Origin: an uncultured Candidatus Saccharibacteria bacterium
Lineage (GTDB): Bacteria > Patescibacteriota > Minisyncoccia > UBA10092
NCBI GenBank assembly: GCA_964495505.1
Contig: CAZBVM010000001.1
Span: 3,783-61,620, forward strand
Reading direction: 5' to 3'
Length of the DNA stretch: 57,838 nt
The stretch's first letter is position 1; each line of letters begins with the position of its first letter. The position numbers and the translations under genes were made by a program. The notes under the pieces were generated by a model. That model had not been told where the DNA came from and ran no database searches. It saw only the letters and a program-made list of their open reading frames with translations. Below, piece after piece: positions 1-9,322 of this stretch.

Positions 1-2334
1 GTGCAGCTTATAGGCGGCTTGGCGCTTCATCAGGGGAAAATCGCCCAAATGGCGACCGGCGAAGGAAAAACTTTAACTGCTACCCTGCCGGTATATTTAA
101 ACGCCTTAAAAAATAGCGTCCATATTATTACCGTTAACGATTATTTGGCGAGGCGGGATACGGCGTGGATGGGGCAGATATATCATTTTCTCGGTTTAAC
201 TGTTGGGTGTATCAATTCGGATGGCAGTTATATATATGACCCGACTCATACGGGAAAAGAACAAGACCAAATGCGCGATGAAAGCGGAGGTTTTAAGATA
301 ATTCATGAATTCTTGCGCCCAGCAGAAAAAAAAGATGTTTACAATCGTGACGTTGTTTATGGCACCAATACCGAATTTGGTTTTGATTATTTGCGGGATA
401 ACCTGGTAGCCGACATATCGCAAATTATCAGTCCCAACCGAAGTTTCGCCATTGTTGATGAAGTTGACAGTATTTTAATTGATGAAGCGCGGACGCCTCT
501 TATAATTTCAATGCCCGATGCCGAGTCGCCGAAACTTTACGAGACCTTTGCTCGCATTGTGCCGCGCCTCAAAGAAAATGAGGATTATAACGTTGATTTA
601 AAAATGCGGGCCGCTGTTATCACTGATCCGGGTCTTAGTAAGGTGGAAAACATACTCGGAATCGGAAATATTTATGATGAAAAAGGGGCGCGCTACGTTC
701 ATCACCTGGAAACTGCATTAAAAGCGCAGTCTTTATTCCACAAAGACAAAGATTACGTTGTCAGAAACGGAGAAGTAATTATTGTTGACGAATTTACCGG
801 CCGGCTTTTAATTGGCCGACGCTACTCTGAAGGGCTTCATCAGGCGATCGAGGCCAAAGAAGGCGTAAAAGTTCAGCAAGAGTCGCGAACTTTAGCCACC
901 ATTACTTTTCAGAATTTTTTCAGGCTTTACGATAAACTATCGGGCATGACCGGAACGGCGGCCACTTCGGCCGAAGAATTTCACAAGGTTTATAATCTTG
1001 GAGTTGTTATTGTGCCAACCAACAAACCGATGATTCGCAAAAATTTGCCTGACCGGATTTATAAAACCGAAAAAGCGAAATTTAAAGCTGTAGTCCAAGA
1101 TATTAAAGAACGGCATGGAAAAGGTCAACCGGTTTTAATTGGTACTATTTCCATTGAAAATAATGAGAAGCTTTCGCAGCTGCTTTTGCGGGAAGGCATA
1201 AAGCATGAGGTCTTAAACGCCAAACAGCACGAAAAAGAAGCGGCGATTCACGCCCAAGCTGGGCGGCCTTTTGCGATTACAGTGGCAACCAATATGGCCG
1301 GACGAGGCGTTGATATTATCCTCGGTGGTAATCCGTCGAACCCTGAGGCAGCTCGAAATGTTAGGGAGCTTGGCGGCCTTCATATTATTGGAACGGAGCG
1401 ACACGAAGCGCGGCGAATTGATAATCAACTAAGGGGGCGAAGCGGGCGGCAGGGCGATCCGGGTTCGTCGCAGTTCTTTGTGTCTTTAGAAGACAGCTTG
1501 CTTCAAGTTTTTGGCGGTGCGCGGATTAAAGGCCTTATGGAAACATTAAATATTCCGGAAGATCAGCCGATTGAAGCCGGTTTAATTTCCAAGGCCCTTG
1601 AATCAGCCCAAACCAAAATAGAAGGATTTAATTTTGACGCCAGAAAGCACGTTTTAGAATATGATGATGTCATGAATCAACATAGGACGCTGGTTTATAA
1701 AAAACGCCGCGATATTTTATCTGGCGTATCTCGAGAAGAAATAACTAAGAATGTAAAAAATCAAATAGAAAATATAATTAGTTTTCATACCGCGGAAAAC
1801 AGCGAAAAACAATGGGACCGCGAAGAAATTTTTGAAAATATTAAAACAATTATTCCAGTTAACGATGAAAGTAAAGAATTTTTAATGACAAACAGCGACC
1901 GGGAAAAAATTATTGATTATTATCAAAATTTAGCAGAAGAAATTTATAATCTTAAAGAAAAAGAAATTGGGGCAGAGTTAATGAGGCAAATTGAAAAAAT
2001 GATAATGCTTAACGTTTTGGATAACCTTTGGACTAATCACTTGGAAGATATGGAATATTTACGCGACAGTGTGCGACTTAGGGCGTACGGCCAGAGAGAT
2101 CCTTTGGTTGAATATAAAAATGAAAGCCAGAAACTGTTTAAGGACTTTATGGCAAATTTTGAGGCACAAGTGGCAGCAGTAGTTTTTAAAATCGCACCAC
2201 CGACTTTATCACAAGTTGCATCGCCGCAATCATTGTCTCATTCGCGCGAATTAGGGGATGCCAAGGCAGTGGGCAGGAATGATCCGTGCCCATGCGGTTC
2301 AAGGAAGAAATATAAGAGGTGTCACGGAGCGTGA
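1..2334 (+). CDS. secA: Preprotein translocase ATPase SecA (5' end cut by window edge)
   Basis: ORF runs from the window edge. It has the MATGEGKTLTATLP Walker A region, DEVDSILIDEARTPLIIS, and the C-terminal zinc tail CPCGSRKKYKRCHG. About 80 N-terminal residues are missing. Confidence 0.97.
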   Translation: MQLIGGLALHQGKIAQMATGEGKTLTATLPVYLNALKNSVHIITVNDYLARRDTAWMGQIYHFLGLTVGCINSDGSYIYDPTHTGKEQDQMRDESGGFKIIHEFLRPAEKKDVYNRDVVYGTNTEFGFDYLRDNLVADISQIISPNRSFAIVDEVDSILIDEARTPLIISMPDAESPKLYETFARIVPRLKENEDYNVDLKMRAAVITDPGLSKVENILGIGNIYDEKGARYVHHLETALKAQSLFHKDKDYVVRNGEVIIVDEFTGRLLIGRRYSEGLHQAIEAKEGVKVQQESRTLATITFQNFFRLYDKLSGMTGTAATSAEEFHKVYNLGVVIVPTNKPMIRKNLPDRIYKTEKAKFKAVVQDIKERHGKGQPVLIGTISIENNEKLSQLLLREGIKHEVLNAKQHEKEAAIHAQAGRPFAITVATNMAGRGVDIILGGNPSNPEAARNVRELGGLHIIGTERHEARRIDNQLRGRSGRQGDPGSSQFFVSLEDSLLQVFGGARIKGLMETLNIPEDQPIEAGLISKALESAQTKIEGFNFDARKHVLEYDDVMNQHRTLVYKKRRDILSGVSREEITKNVKNQIENIISFHTAENSEKQWDREEIFENIKTIIPVNDESKEFLMTNSDREKIIDYYQNLAEEIYNLKEKEIGAELMRQIEKMIMLNVLDNLWTNHLEDMEYLRDSVRLRAYGQRDPLVEYKNESQKLFKDFMANFEAQVAAVVFKIAPPTLSQVASPQSLSHSRELGDAKAVGRNDPCPCGSRKKYKRCHGA

Positions 2335-2370
2335 GGAAAAAGAAAAGAGCCGCTATGTGCGGCCCCGGGA

Positions 2371-2985
2371 TTAGGACAAATTTAGGACTTCCTCAAATGT
2401 GCGAATATAGTGATCTGCGCCGGCAAGCAGCTCATCTGGGATATGGCCGTCGAGAAAAGCAATCACAGTAATACCAGCTTTCTTGGCATGTCGCATATCA
2501 GAAGGTGAATCACCGACAAAAGAACATTGATTTAGGGTTACGCCATTCCGCTGGGCAATTTCTGTAATGACTGACTTTTTATCAAAAATATGAAAGGCAC
2601 ACTCATCGAATAGGTGATCGATGCCAAATTTATTGAGCAGAGGAACAACGAGGGCATTCTGTTGCGATGTGACAAGGACAAGGCGAACACCGTTTTCGTG
2701 AAGTCGATGTAGTGTGGCTGCGACTCCGGGAAAGAGAATCGCATCGGCTAGCCGCTCTTCGTATGCAGGTTCGTATATGGCATTCAGTTCATCTCGCGAT
2801 GCAGTAATGCCGCGTTTCTGGTATACTTCCAGATAATCACCGCTTTCAAGTTCTCGGAAATAGTCAGCCACGGTAGGCGGCTCTACACCGAATGCAAGAA
2901 ATGTTTTCCGTCTCGCCTCATCCCAGATAGGCATATCATCCAACAAAGTGCCGTTCCAGTCGCAGAATAGAATTTTGATCACCAC
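2371..2985 (-). CDS. HAD-superfamily hydrolase (phosphatase-like)
   Basis: HAD motifs are present: I FCDWNGTLLDD (DxN variant), II LVTSQ, III/IV K...GDSPSD. GTG start sits 4 nt after GGAGG. Visibly GC-richer than its flanks. Confidence 0.8.
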   Translation of the reverse strand: MVIKILFCDWNGTLLDDMPIWDEARRKTFLAFGVEPPTVADYFRELESGDYLEVYQKRGITASRDELNAIYEPAYEERLADAILFPGVAATLHRLHENGVRLVLVTSQQNALVVPLLNKFGIDHLFDECAFHIFDKKSVITEIAQRNGVTLNQCSFVGDSPSDMRHAKKAGITVIAFLDGHIPDELLAGADHYIRTFEEVLNLS

Positions 2986-3024
2986 TAACCTCCGAATGTT
3001 TCTGAATTGCTAAGATCTATTAGC

Positions 3025-3053
3025 ATGATAGATTGCGCTTATATGGATGTCAA
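3025..3053 (-). promoter_or_regulatory. Sigma70-like promoter for the HAD gene (TTGACA-N17-TATCAT)
   Basis: The minus strand reads TTGACAtccatataagcgcaatcTATCAT about 40 nt upstream of the GTG start. Confidence 0.45.
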
Positions 3054-3137
3054 ATAATTCGCATGACATTTCCTATAATTTGGCAAATTCGGCAGTGTCA
3101 CAGATAGGAAAATTGCTTAAAACAAGGAAAATCCCCG

Positions 3138-3164
3138 CCTGCGCCGAGGCTTCGGCGGGCAGGC
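3138..3164 (-). terminator. GC-rich hairpin downstream of the 289-aa gene
   Basis: gcctgc-gccga-ggct-tcggc-g-gcaggc forms a stem-loop just past the stop at 3175. A U-rich stretch follows on the minus strand. Confidence 0.45.
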
Positions 3165-3174
3165 CTGCGGTTGG

Positions 3175-4044
3175 TTAAGGTTGTCTTTTAGCAATTCGCT
3201 CGTTGCGTTCGCCTTCTGCCATAGCAAGAAACAGCTCCATTTGCCGTACTCCGGATAGGGTTTTTGCCATCTCGTCGTAAATACTCGCCTCAGAAGCATT
3301 TGAGTATTGGATAAGCAAGGTTCCCAAACGATCGCGCTCGGCCAAAAGACGGCTATTAATCACATCCATTATTTCTCTATAATCCCGCGCAGTTTCTTGA
3401 CCGGTTTCAAAACGCTCAATAGCTGGAATATCGACTAATAGTAGCGACCGGAATGGACGCCTGCCAATACCTTCGCCTTCTTCGGTGCTGCGAAATTTTT
3501 CTTCCTCCTCTTTCGCCAATTTTTTAATCATTTTTTTTGTTTCACTAAGCCATTCAATAAAATCCGGCTTTGACGGAACGCCATACCCGTCATGGCTAAA
3601 AAGAATATCGGCAGCTTTTTGGTAGTGCATATCCTGCCCAAGGTTTTTCTGCCGTTCCGTTTCTATTTTTTGATTTTTTTGGGTATCTTCGGATTCAAGC
3701 TCGTATGATTCCATAATATCTCTAATAAACTGGAGTTCGCCACGAGCGCTCTCAATAATTGAGAGGGCCAGTGTCGCGTTGCCGTTTTCTTTTTTTAATT
3801 CTTCTATCGCAAAGTCACTTGTTCTTTCAGCGTCGTTAACTATCTGAAGCGTACGATTGATTTGTTCACCACGTCTAAAATGCCTATCGTAGAATTCTCT
3901 CATTGCTTCTTTAACTACAGGGAAAGTTTCTCCAATTGATTCTTTTTCAAATTCCTGTTCAAAGATCGGTTGGCCAAGTTCAATACTGGCGCCGCTTTCC
4001 GGGTCTCTAATTTCCGGCCTTCCGATTTTTTCTGTTTTTGACAT
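3175..4044 (-). CDS. Hypothetical protein (acidic, helical, no recognised domain)
   Basis: 289-aa uninterrupted ORF, divergent from the nuclease gene. No family recognised by eye. Confidence 0.6.
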   Translation of the reverse strand: MSKTEKIGRPEIRDPESGASIELGQPIFEQEFEKESIGETFPVVKEAMREFYDRHFRRGEQINRTLQIVNDAERTSDFAIEELKKENGNATLALSIIESARGELQFIRDIMESYELESEDTQKNQKIETERQKNLGQDMHYQKAADILFSHDGYGVPSKPDFIEWLSETKKMIKKLAKEEEEKFRSTEEGEGIGRRPFRSLLLVDIPAIERFETGQETARDYREIMDVINSRLLAERDRLGTLLIQYSNASEASIYDEMAKTLSGVRQMELFLAMAEGERNERIAKRQP

Positions 4045-4075
4045 ATAGTATTAATGTATCATACCATGGAAAAAT

Positions 4076-4750
4076 ATGGACAGCAATAAAAATAAAAATA
4101 AAAAAATTTGGCTGTCGCATTCGGGGATTGAAGGAATGTATCGTTGCCCGCGCTGTTTTTGGCTGCAATATAATAAAGGATTACGCCAGCCGGAAGGGAT
4201 TGTTTCGCGTTTGGCGAACCGATTTGACGTTATTTTAAAAAGATATTTTGATTTATACCGACAAACCGGCGAGCTGCCGCCAATGATTGAGGGAAAAGTT
4301 GAAGGAAAATTGGAAAATCCTTTCCAAGAAAAATATTTTTGGGATTACGGTGAAAAATATGGCCTAACCGGGCGGCTTGACGATTGTTTAATTCGCGAAG
4401 ATGACACTTATACGCCGGTAGATCACAAAACCGCCAGTTCCGATCCTCGTGAAAAAGATATTTTAGAGGCATATCAGCACCAGTTGAATTTTTATGCGTT
4501 TCTTCTTGAAAAAAATGGCAAAAAAACTTCGGGCTTCGGCCACTTGATTTATTATTATCCGGAACATGGAGAAGAGCTTCATAAAGGAGTGCCGATCCAT
4601 GTTCACATTCAAACTTTAAAGACGAATCCAAAACAGGCGGAACAAGAGTTTTTAAAAGCCATAAAAATTTTAGAAGAGAAAATACCAAAGCCATCTTCCG
4701 ATTGTTCTTTTTGCTTCTGGCATGAGCAGTTGAAGGAATTAAAGTTATGA
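4076..4750 (+). CDS. PD-(D/E)XK nuclease, Cas4/RecB-like, with CxxC...CxxC cysteines
   Basis: It has GRLDD...VDHKT (D...DxK), a QHQLNFY QxxxY motif, N-terminal CPRC and C-terminal CSFC. Confidence 0.7.
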   Translation: MDSNKNKNKKIWLSHSGIEGMYRCPRCFWLQYNKGLRQPEGIVSRLANRFDVILKRYFDLYRQTGELPPMIEGKVEGKLENPFQEKYFWDYGEKYGLTGRLDDCLIREDDTYTPVDHKTASSDPREKDILEAYQHQLNFYAFLLEKNGKKTSGFGHLIYYYPEHGEELHKGVPIHVHIQTLKTNPKQAEQEFLKAIKILEEKIPKPSSDCSFCFWHEQLKELKL

Positions 4751-5091
4751 AAACAGGAGATCAATACTCTTGGACCAAGCATTCACAGTATAAAATGCGG
4801 TATTATGGCCTGTCGCCGCAGAGGATTAAAAGAATAATCCGTCATCCGGCGCGGATGGAAGAAGCTATAATTCCAAAGATGATTGCGGCAATGCAGCCCG
4901 CTGGTGGGAAAAATTATTCTGAAATCTGGGCGATATATCAACTCGCGAAGCACGATGATACCAAATACAAAATACAAAATACAAAATACAACCAGATTAA
5001 AGTAATTACCGCTTGGCGCTATCCGGGCAAAAGCCCGGCTCGTGACCCGATTCCTCAAGATATTTTAAATGAAATAAAATCTTTAATATAA
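4747..5091 (+). CDS. DUF4258-like small protein (possible toxin-fold), with in-frame heptamer-repeat insert
   Basis: ATGA overlap with the upstream nuclease. WTKHSQYKMRYYGLSPQRIKRII...IKVITAWRY resembles the DUF4258 pattern. KYKIQNTKY is encoded by (AAATACA)4. Confidence 0.5.
   Translation: MKTGDQYSWTKHSQYKMRYYGLSPQRIKRIIRHPARMEEAIIPKMIAAMQPAGGKNYSEIWAIYQLAKHDDTKYKIQNTKYNQIKVITAWRYPGKSPARDPIPQDILNEIKSLI
4963..4990 (+). repeat. (AAATACA)x4 tandem heptamer inside a CDS
   Basis: Read directly. The same heptamer array recurs in alaS at 20903-20937. Confidence 0.95.
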
Positions 5092-5145
5092 TAACAAGGT
5101 TTGTATAATGTAAATGCTATAGCATAATTATTATACAAATACATA

Positions 5146-5736
5146 ATGATAAAAATTTTAGGAAAAAAATTCTTTAAGCGACCAACTTTGGTTGTAGCAA
5201 AAGATTTATTGGGGAAATATTTAGTAAGGCGCATTGGAGGAAAAACGATGCGTTTTATGATTACCGAAGTTGAGGCGTATGATGGGTTTAAAGACAGGGC
5301 ATCGCATGCGTCGCGAGGAAAAACAAAAAGAAACGCCTCAATGTTTGAAAGTGGTGGTATTTGGTACGTTTATTTTACTTATGGAATGCACTATATGCTT
5401 AATATAGTAACGGGGCCGAAAAATTATCCGGCGGCAATTTTAATACGCAGCGTTGATGGCACTAATGGCCCGGCGAGAACTACCAAACAGCTAAAAATTG
5501 ATAAAAAATTTAATAATAAGATCGCTTCGCAAAAAACAGGTCTCTGGCTGGAAGATAATCCTATGTTAAAAATTGTCCGCCGAAAGCTTCGCATTCAGGC
5601 GGATCCGCCCAAATGCCATTCAGGGCTTTTGGCGGAAAAATTAAAAATTCGCCGATTGCCGAGAATCGGGGTAAATTATGCCGGCCCAATTTGGTCAAAA
5701 AAGAAATGGCGGTTCGTATTACAACAGGTGGTTTAG
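5146..5736 (+). CDS. mpg: DNA-3-methyladenine glycosylase (Mpg/AAG family)
   Basis: VAKDLLGKYLVRR...ITEVEAYDG..DRASHA..GKTKRN..MF..GG..YVYFTYGMHYMLNIV...AILIRS matches the AAG family pattern. Confidence 0.85.
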   Translation: MIKILGKKFFKRPTLVVAKDLLGKYLVRRIGGKTMRFMITEVEAYDGFKDRASHASRGKTKRNASMFESGGIWYVYFTYGMHYMLNIVTGPKNYPAAILIRSVDGTNGPARTTKQLKIDKKFNNKIASQKTGLWLEDNPMLKIVRRKLRIQADPPKCHSGLLAEKLKIRRLPRIGVNYAGPIWSKKKWRFVLQQVV

Positions 5737-5780
5737 TGTTGACACAAATGTTTAAAAATTTTACAGTTTAGTTTGTAATT

Positions 5781-7202
5781 ATGACTTCCGGATACTCTCC
5801 CGACAAATTATTTAAACTGGATGTGACGAGCAAGATACGTTTTACTGTTCTTGCGATATTTATAGTCGCTGTTGCTGCGGCGTTTTTTGTTTACCCAACC
5901 GCGTGGAATAAAACGGTTGAAAAGTTTAATATTATTTCACCGATAAAAATTCCTGATTTTTTTAACATGCCGTTTAAACTCGGTCTTGATTTGGCCGGCG
6001 GCACACGTCTGACTTACTTAGCCGATATATCTTTAGTGGTTGATCAAGATATGGACTCCGCCATGTCTGGTCTGCGCGATGTTATTGAAAGGCGTGTTAA
6101 TCTTTTTGGCGTTAGCGAGCCGGTGGTTGAAGTTGAAAGCGCAGGCGAAGAATGGCGATTGATTGTTGAGCTTGCCGGGATTAAGGATATATCTTCCGCC
6201 ATTGATTTAATAGGCGAGACGCCGTTTTTAGAATTTAAAGAACCAAGAGAAGAAGCCGAAACCCAAAAAATTTTAAGCGAACAAAAAGCCGAAAATAAAG
6301 ATTATTTGGCAATGGATCCGTATTTTAAACCGACAAATTTAAGCGGCAAGTACATAAAAAGCGCTAAAATAGAATTTGACCAAACAACTTATCAGCCGAC
6401 GGTAAGCGTCCAATTTGATGGCGATGGGGCGAAAATATTTGAAAATTTGACCGCAAAAAACGTCGGAAAACCACTTGGCATTTATCTTGACGGACTGCCG
6501 ATTTCGGCGCCTGTTGTCAAAGAACCGATTGCCGGTGGTTCGGCGGTAATTTCCGGCAAATTTACTCTTACAGAAGCTAAAAAATTAGCTGAACGGCTTA
6601 ACGCCGGCGCTCTGCCAGTGCCGATTAAATTAATTTCGCAGGACTCTGTAGGCGCTTCTTTGGGCCGCGACTCGCTTGATAAAAGCCTATTTGCCGGACT
6701 GCTCGGTTTTTTAACGGTGGCGATGTTTATGATTTTATATTATCGTTTTTTTGGAATTGCGGCGGTAGCGGCGCTTTTAATTTACACCGCTTTGGTTTTA
6801 GCTCTATTTAAATTAATACCAGTGACTTTAACTTTGGCTGGAGTGGCCGGATTTATTTTATCAATAGGCATGGCTGTCGATGCCAATATTCTTATTTTTG
6901 AAAGGTTTAAAGAAGAGGTTCGTTCCGGAAAAGAGTTGGGGCTTGCCATTAACGATGGATTTACTCGTGCCTGGCCTTCTATTCGCGATTCCAACGTTTC
7001 AACCTTAATTACTACGGCCGTTTTATATTATTTCACCACAAGTATTGTCCGGGGGTTTGCCTTGACTCTTGGTATTGGTGTTATCGTAAGCATGTTTTCG
7101 GCAATTTTCGTAACCCGTTCATTTTTAAAGCTTTTCCCCACCATATTGCTTGAAAAATTACCGTGGCTGATGGGCGTTAGGCGCAAAATTTCTAATTTCT
7201 AG
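5781..7202 (+). CDS. secD: Protein-export membrane protein SecD
   Basis: N-terminal TM segment, periplasmic domain, and C-terminal 6-TM block with GMAVDANILIFERFKEE. secF follows. Confidence 0.93.
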   Translation: MTSGYSPDKLFKLDVTSKIRFTVLAIFIVAVAAAFFVYPTAWNKTVEKFNIISPIKIPDFFNMPFKLGLDLAGGTRLTYLADISLVVDQDMDSAMSGLRDVIERRVNLFGVSEPVVEVESAGEEWRLIVELAGIKDISSAIDLIGETPFLEFKEPREEAETQKILSEQKAENKDYLAMDPYFKPTNLSGKYIKSAKIEFDQTTYQPTVSVQFDGDGAKIFENLTAKNVGKPLGIYLDGLPISAPVVKEPIAGGSAVISGKFTLTEAKKLAERLNAGALPVPIKLISQDSVGASLGRDSLDKSLFAGLLGFLTVAMFMILYYRFFGIAAVAALLIYTALVLALFKLIPVTLTLAGVAGFILSIGMAVDANILIFERFKEEVRSGKELGLAINDGFTRAWPSIRDSNVSTLITTAVLYYFTTSIVRGFALTLGIGVIVSMFSAIFVTRSFLKLFPTILLEKLPWLMGVRRKISNF

Positions 7203-7299
7203 TTTCTATTAAATTTTCAATGATTCAATTTCTAATGTTTGAAAATTAATAAATTATAAATTTAATGAAAATTGTAAATTGAGAATTGAAAATTAATTT
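7203..7299. repeat. AT-rich GAAAATT/TTTCTAA-type intergenic repeat (family member)
   Basis: aaattttcaatgattcaatttctaatgtttgaaaattaataaatt is about 45 nt and near-identical to 31213-31258. It ends with agaattgaaaatta just before the secF ATG. Confidence 0.8.
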
Positions 7300-8202
7300 A
7301 TGGTAAACATTGTTGAAAATAGAAGAACTTTTTACGCCATCTCCGGGATTTTTGTTGTTTTGAGTATTATCGCGCTGGCGCTATGGGGCCTTCAGTTTGG
7401 CATTGATTTTAAAGGCGGTTCAACTTTGGAAATTAATTATTCTGCTTTGCCAGATTTAAATTCGGTTTACGATTCTTTAAACCCGTTAAAGTTAAGTGAT
7501 TTAAAAATTTCACCGCTTGGATCAAACGGCGCAGTTTTGCGATTTAGAGAAACCGATGAAGCGACTCATCAAAATATCGTTAAAATCCTCGTTGCTGAGG
7601 CGGAAAAAAATAAAATTCAACTTGAAGAAAGAAGATTTTCTTCCATCGGGCCGACTATAGGAGCCGAACTAAAACAGAAGTCAATCAAAGCTATTATTAT
7701 CGTACTTCTCGGAATTTCACTTTATATCGCTTGGGCTTTTAGAAAAGTATCAAGCCCGATAAGTTCCTGGCGTTACGGCGTTGTTACTTTGATAGCTCTT
7801 TTTCACGATTTAATTATTCCTATCGGCTTATTCGCTTTTCTGGGGCATTTTTACGGCGTTGAAGTCGGTGCCAATTTTATCGTCGCCCTTCTCGTTATTC
7901 TCGGTTTTTCGGTTCACGATACAATCGTAGTGTTTGACAGGATTAGAGAAAATCTTAAACGCTTTGGCCAGTTAAATTTTGCATCGCTTATAGATCAAAG
8001 TATTCGCGAAACCCTGGTTCGTTCGCTTAATACTTCGCTTACGGTTTTATTGACTCTGTCAGCTTTATATGTTTTTGGAGGAGAAAGTTTAAAATATTTC
8101 GTGCTGGCGTTAATGATTGGTATTTTTTCCGGAACCTATTCATCAATATTTATTGCGGCCCCGCTTCTCACAACCTGGCTTGCTATTTTAAAAAAAAATT
8201 GA
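7300..8202 (+). CDS. secF: Protein-export membrane protein SecF
   Basis: FHDLIIPIGLF and VHDTIVVFDRIREN SecF motifs, plus position after secD. Confidence 0.93.
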   Translation: MVNIVENRRTFYAISGIFVVLSIIALALWGLQFGIDFKGGSTLEINYSALPDLNSVYDSLNPLKLSDLKISPLGSNGAVLRFRETDEATHQNIVKILVAEAEKNKIQLEERRFSSIGPTIGAELKQKSIKAIIIVLLGISLYIAWAFRKVSSPISSWRYGVVTLIALFHDLIIPIGLFAFLGHFYGVEVGANFIVALLVILGFSVHDTIVVFDRIRENLKRFGQLNFASLIDQSIRETLVRSLNTSLTVLLTLSALYVFGGESLKYFVLALMIGIFSGTYSSIFIAAPLLTTWLAILKKN

Positions 8203-8255
8203 CAATAGTATCATACTATTATACTGTAGAGTTATTAATATTTAAATATTAAAAT

Positions 8256-9293
8256 ATGGCGGGAAAAAATTTAAAAAATATTTTAGACGAAATAATTAAA
8301 ATTACTAACCCAAGGGTTCGGGAAGTTATTGAAAAACGCTTTGGTTTGCGCACCGTATCTTATCAGACCTTAGAGGCCATCGGACAAAATATGGATATTA
8401 CCCGGGAGCGAGTGAGGCAAATTGAGGCCTTAGGCCTTAGGCAATTAACCAATAAGAATGTTTTGGAGCCGATAAAACCGGTTTTTGAGTCAATAGAAAA
8501 ACATTTAATGGCATACGGCGGTGTTAGAAGAGAAGATTTATTTTTAAAAGAATTAACGGAATCATTTTCCTTAAAAGAAAAAAACAAAGAAAATTTGATT
8601 AATTTTATATTGGCATTAGGCAGAGGAAGATTTCTTTATTTTAAAGAAACTCCATCTTGGCGATCGGCCTGGGCGATGAGCAGCAATCATTATAATAAAG
8701 CGGTTGCTTTAGCAGAGGCCTTAAAAGAAAAATTAGCCAGCCAGAGGTCATTGCTCCAGGGTGGGACCTTGTTTAAAATTGCCGCCGAATTAGCTGACAA
8801 AAATTTAACCGAACAAACCCTAAAATCTCATATTGAACTTTGTCGGCATATTTCTCAAAATCCTTTTGGCGAGTGGGGACTCGTGAGTTCTCCAGAAGTA
8901 TCGCCGCGCGGCGTTAAAGATAAGGCCTATCTGGTTTTTAAAAAAGAAAAAAAACCGCTTCATTTTACGGAAGTGGCCGGTTTAATCAATAAGACCGTTT
9001 TTGACGGCCGCAAAGCCCATCCCCAAACGGTTCACAATGAACTTATTAAAGATCCACGTTTTGTTTTGGTGGGGCGGGGGACATACGCTTTAAGCGATTG
9101 GGGTTACGAGCCGGGAACGGTGCGCGATGTTTTGGTTTCGGTTTTGAAAAATGCCGGTAGCGGATTAACCAGAGAAGAAATTATTAAAACCGTTCAATCC
9201 AAGAGATTGGTTAAAGAAAATACAATATTGCTAAATCTTCAAAACCGCAAAATTTTCAAAAAAACCGACGACCATCGTTTTATTTTAGTGTAA
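8256..9293 (+). CDS. DNA-binding protein with sigma-70 region-4-like HTH (N-term) and HARE-HTH-like domain (C-term)
   Basis: TLEAIGQNMDITRERVRQIEALGLRQL resembles region 4.2. DPRFVLVGRGTYALSDWGY resembles the HARE-HTH / RNAP delta N-domain. Confidence 0.6.
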   Translation: MAGKNLKNILDEIIKITNPRVREVIEKRFGLRTVSYQTLEAIGQNMDITRERVRQIEALGLRQLTNKNVLEPIKPVFESIEKHLMAYGGVRREDLFLKELTESFSLKEKNKENLINFILALGRGRFLYFKETPSWRSAWAMSSNHYNKAVALAEALKEKLASQRSLLQGGTLFKIAAELADKNLTEQTLKSHIELCRHISQNPFGEWGLVSSPEVSPRGVKDKAYLVFKKEKKPLHFTEVAGLINKTVFDGRKAHPQTVHNELIKDPRFVLVGRGTYALSDWGYEPGTVRDVLVSVLKNAGSGLTREEIIKTVQSKRLVKENTILLNLQNRKIFKKTDDHRFILV

Positions 9294-9322
9294 TCTATGG
9301 TATAATCCCTGTAAGTAACGGG

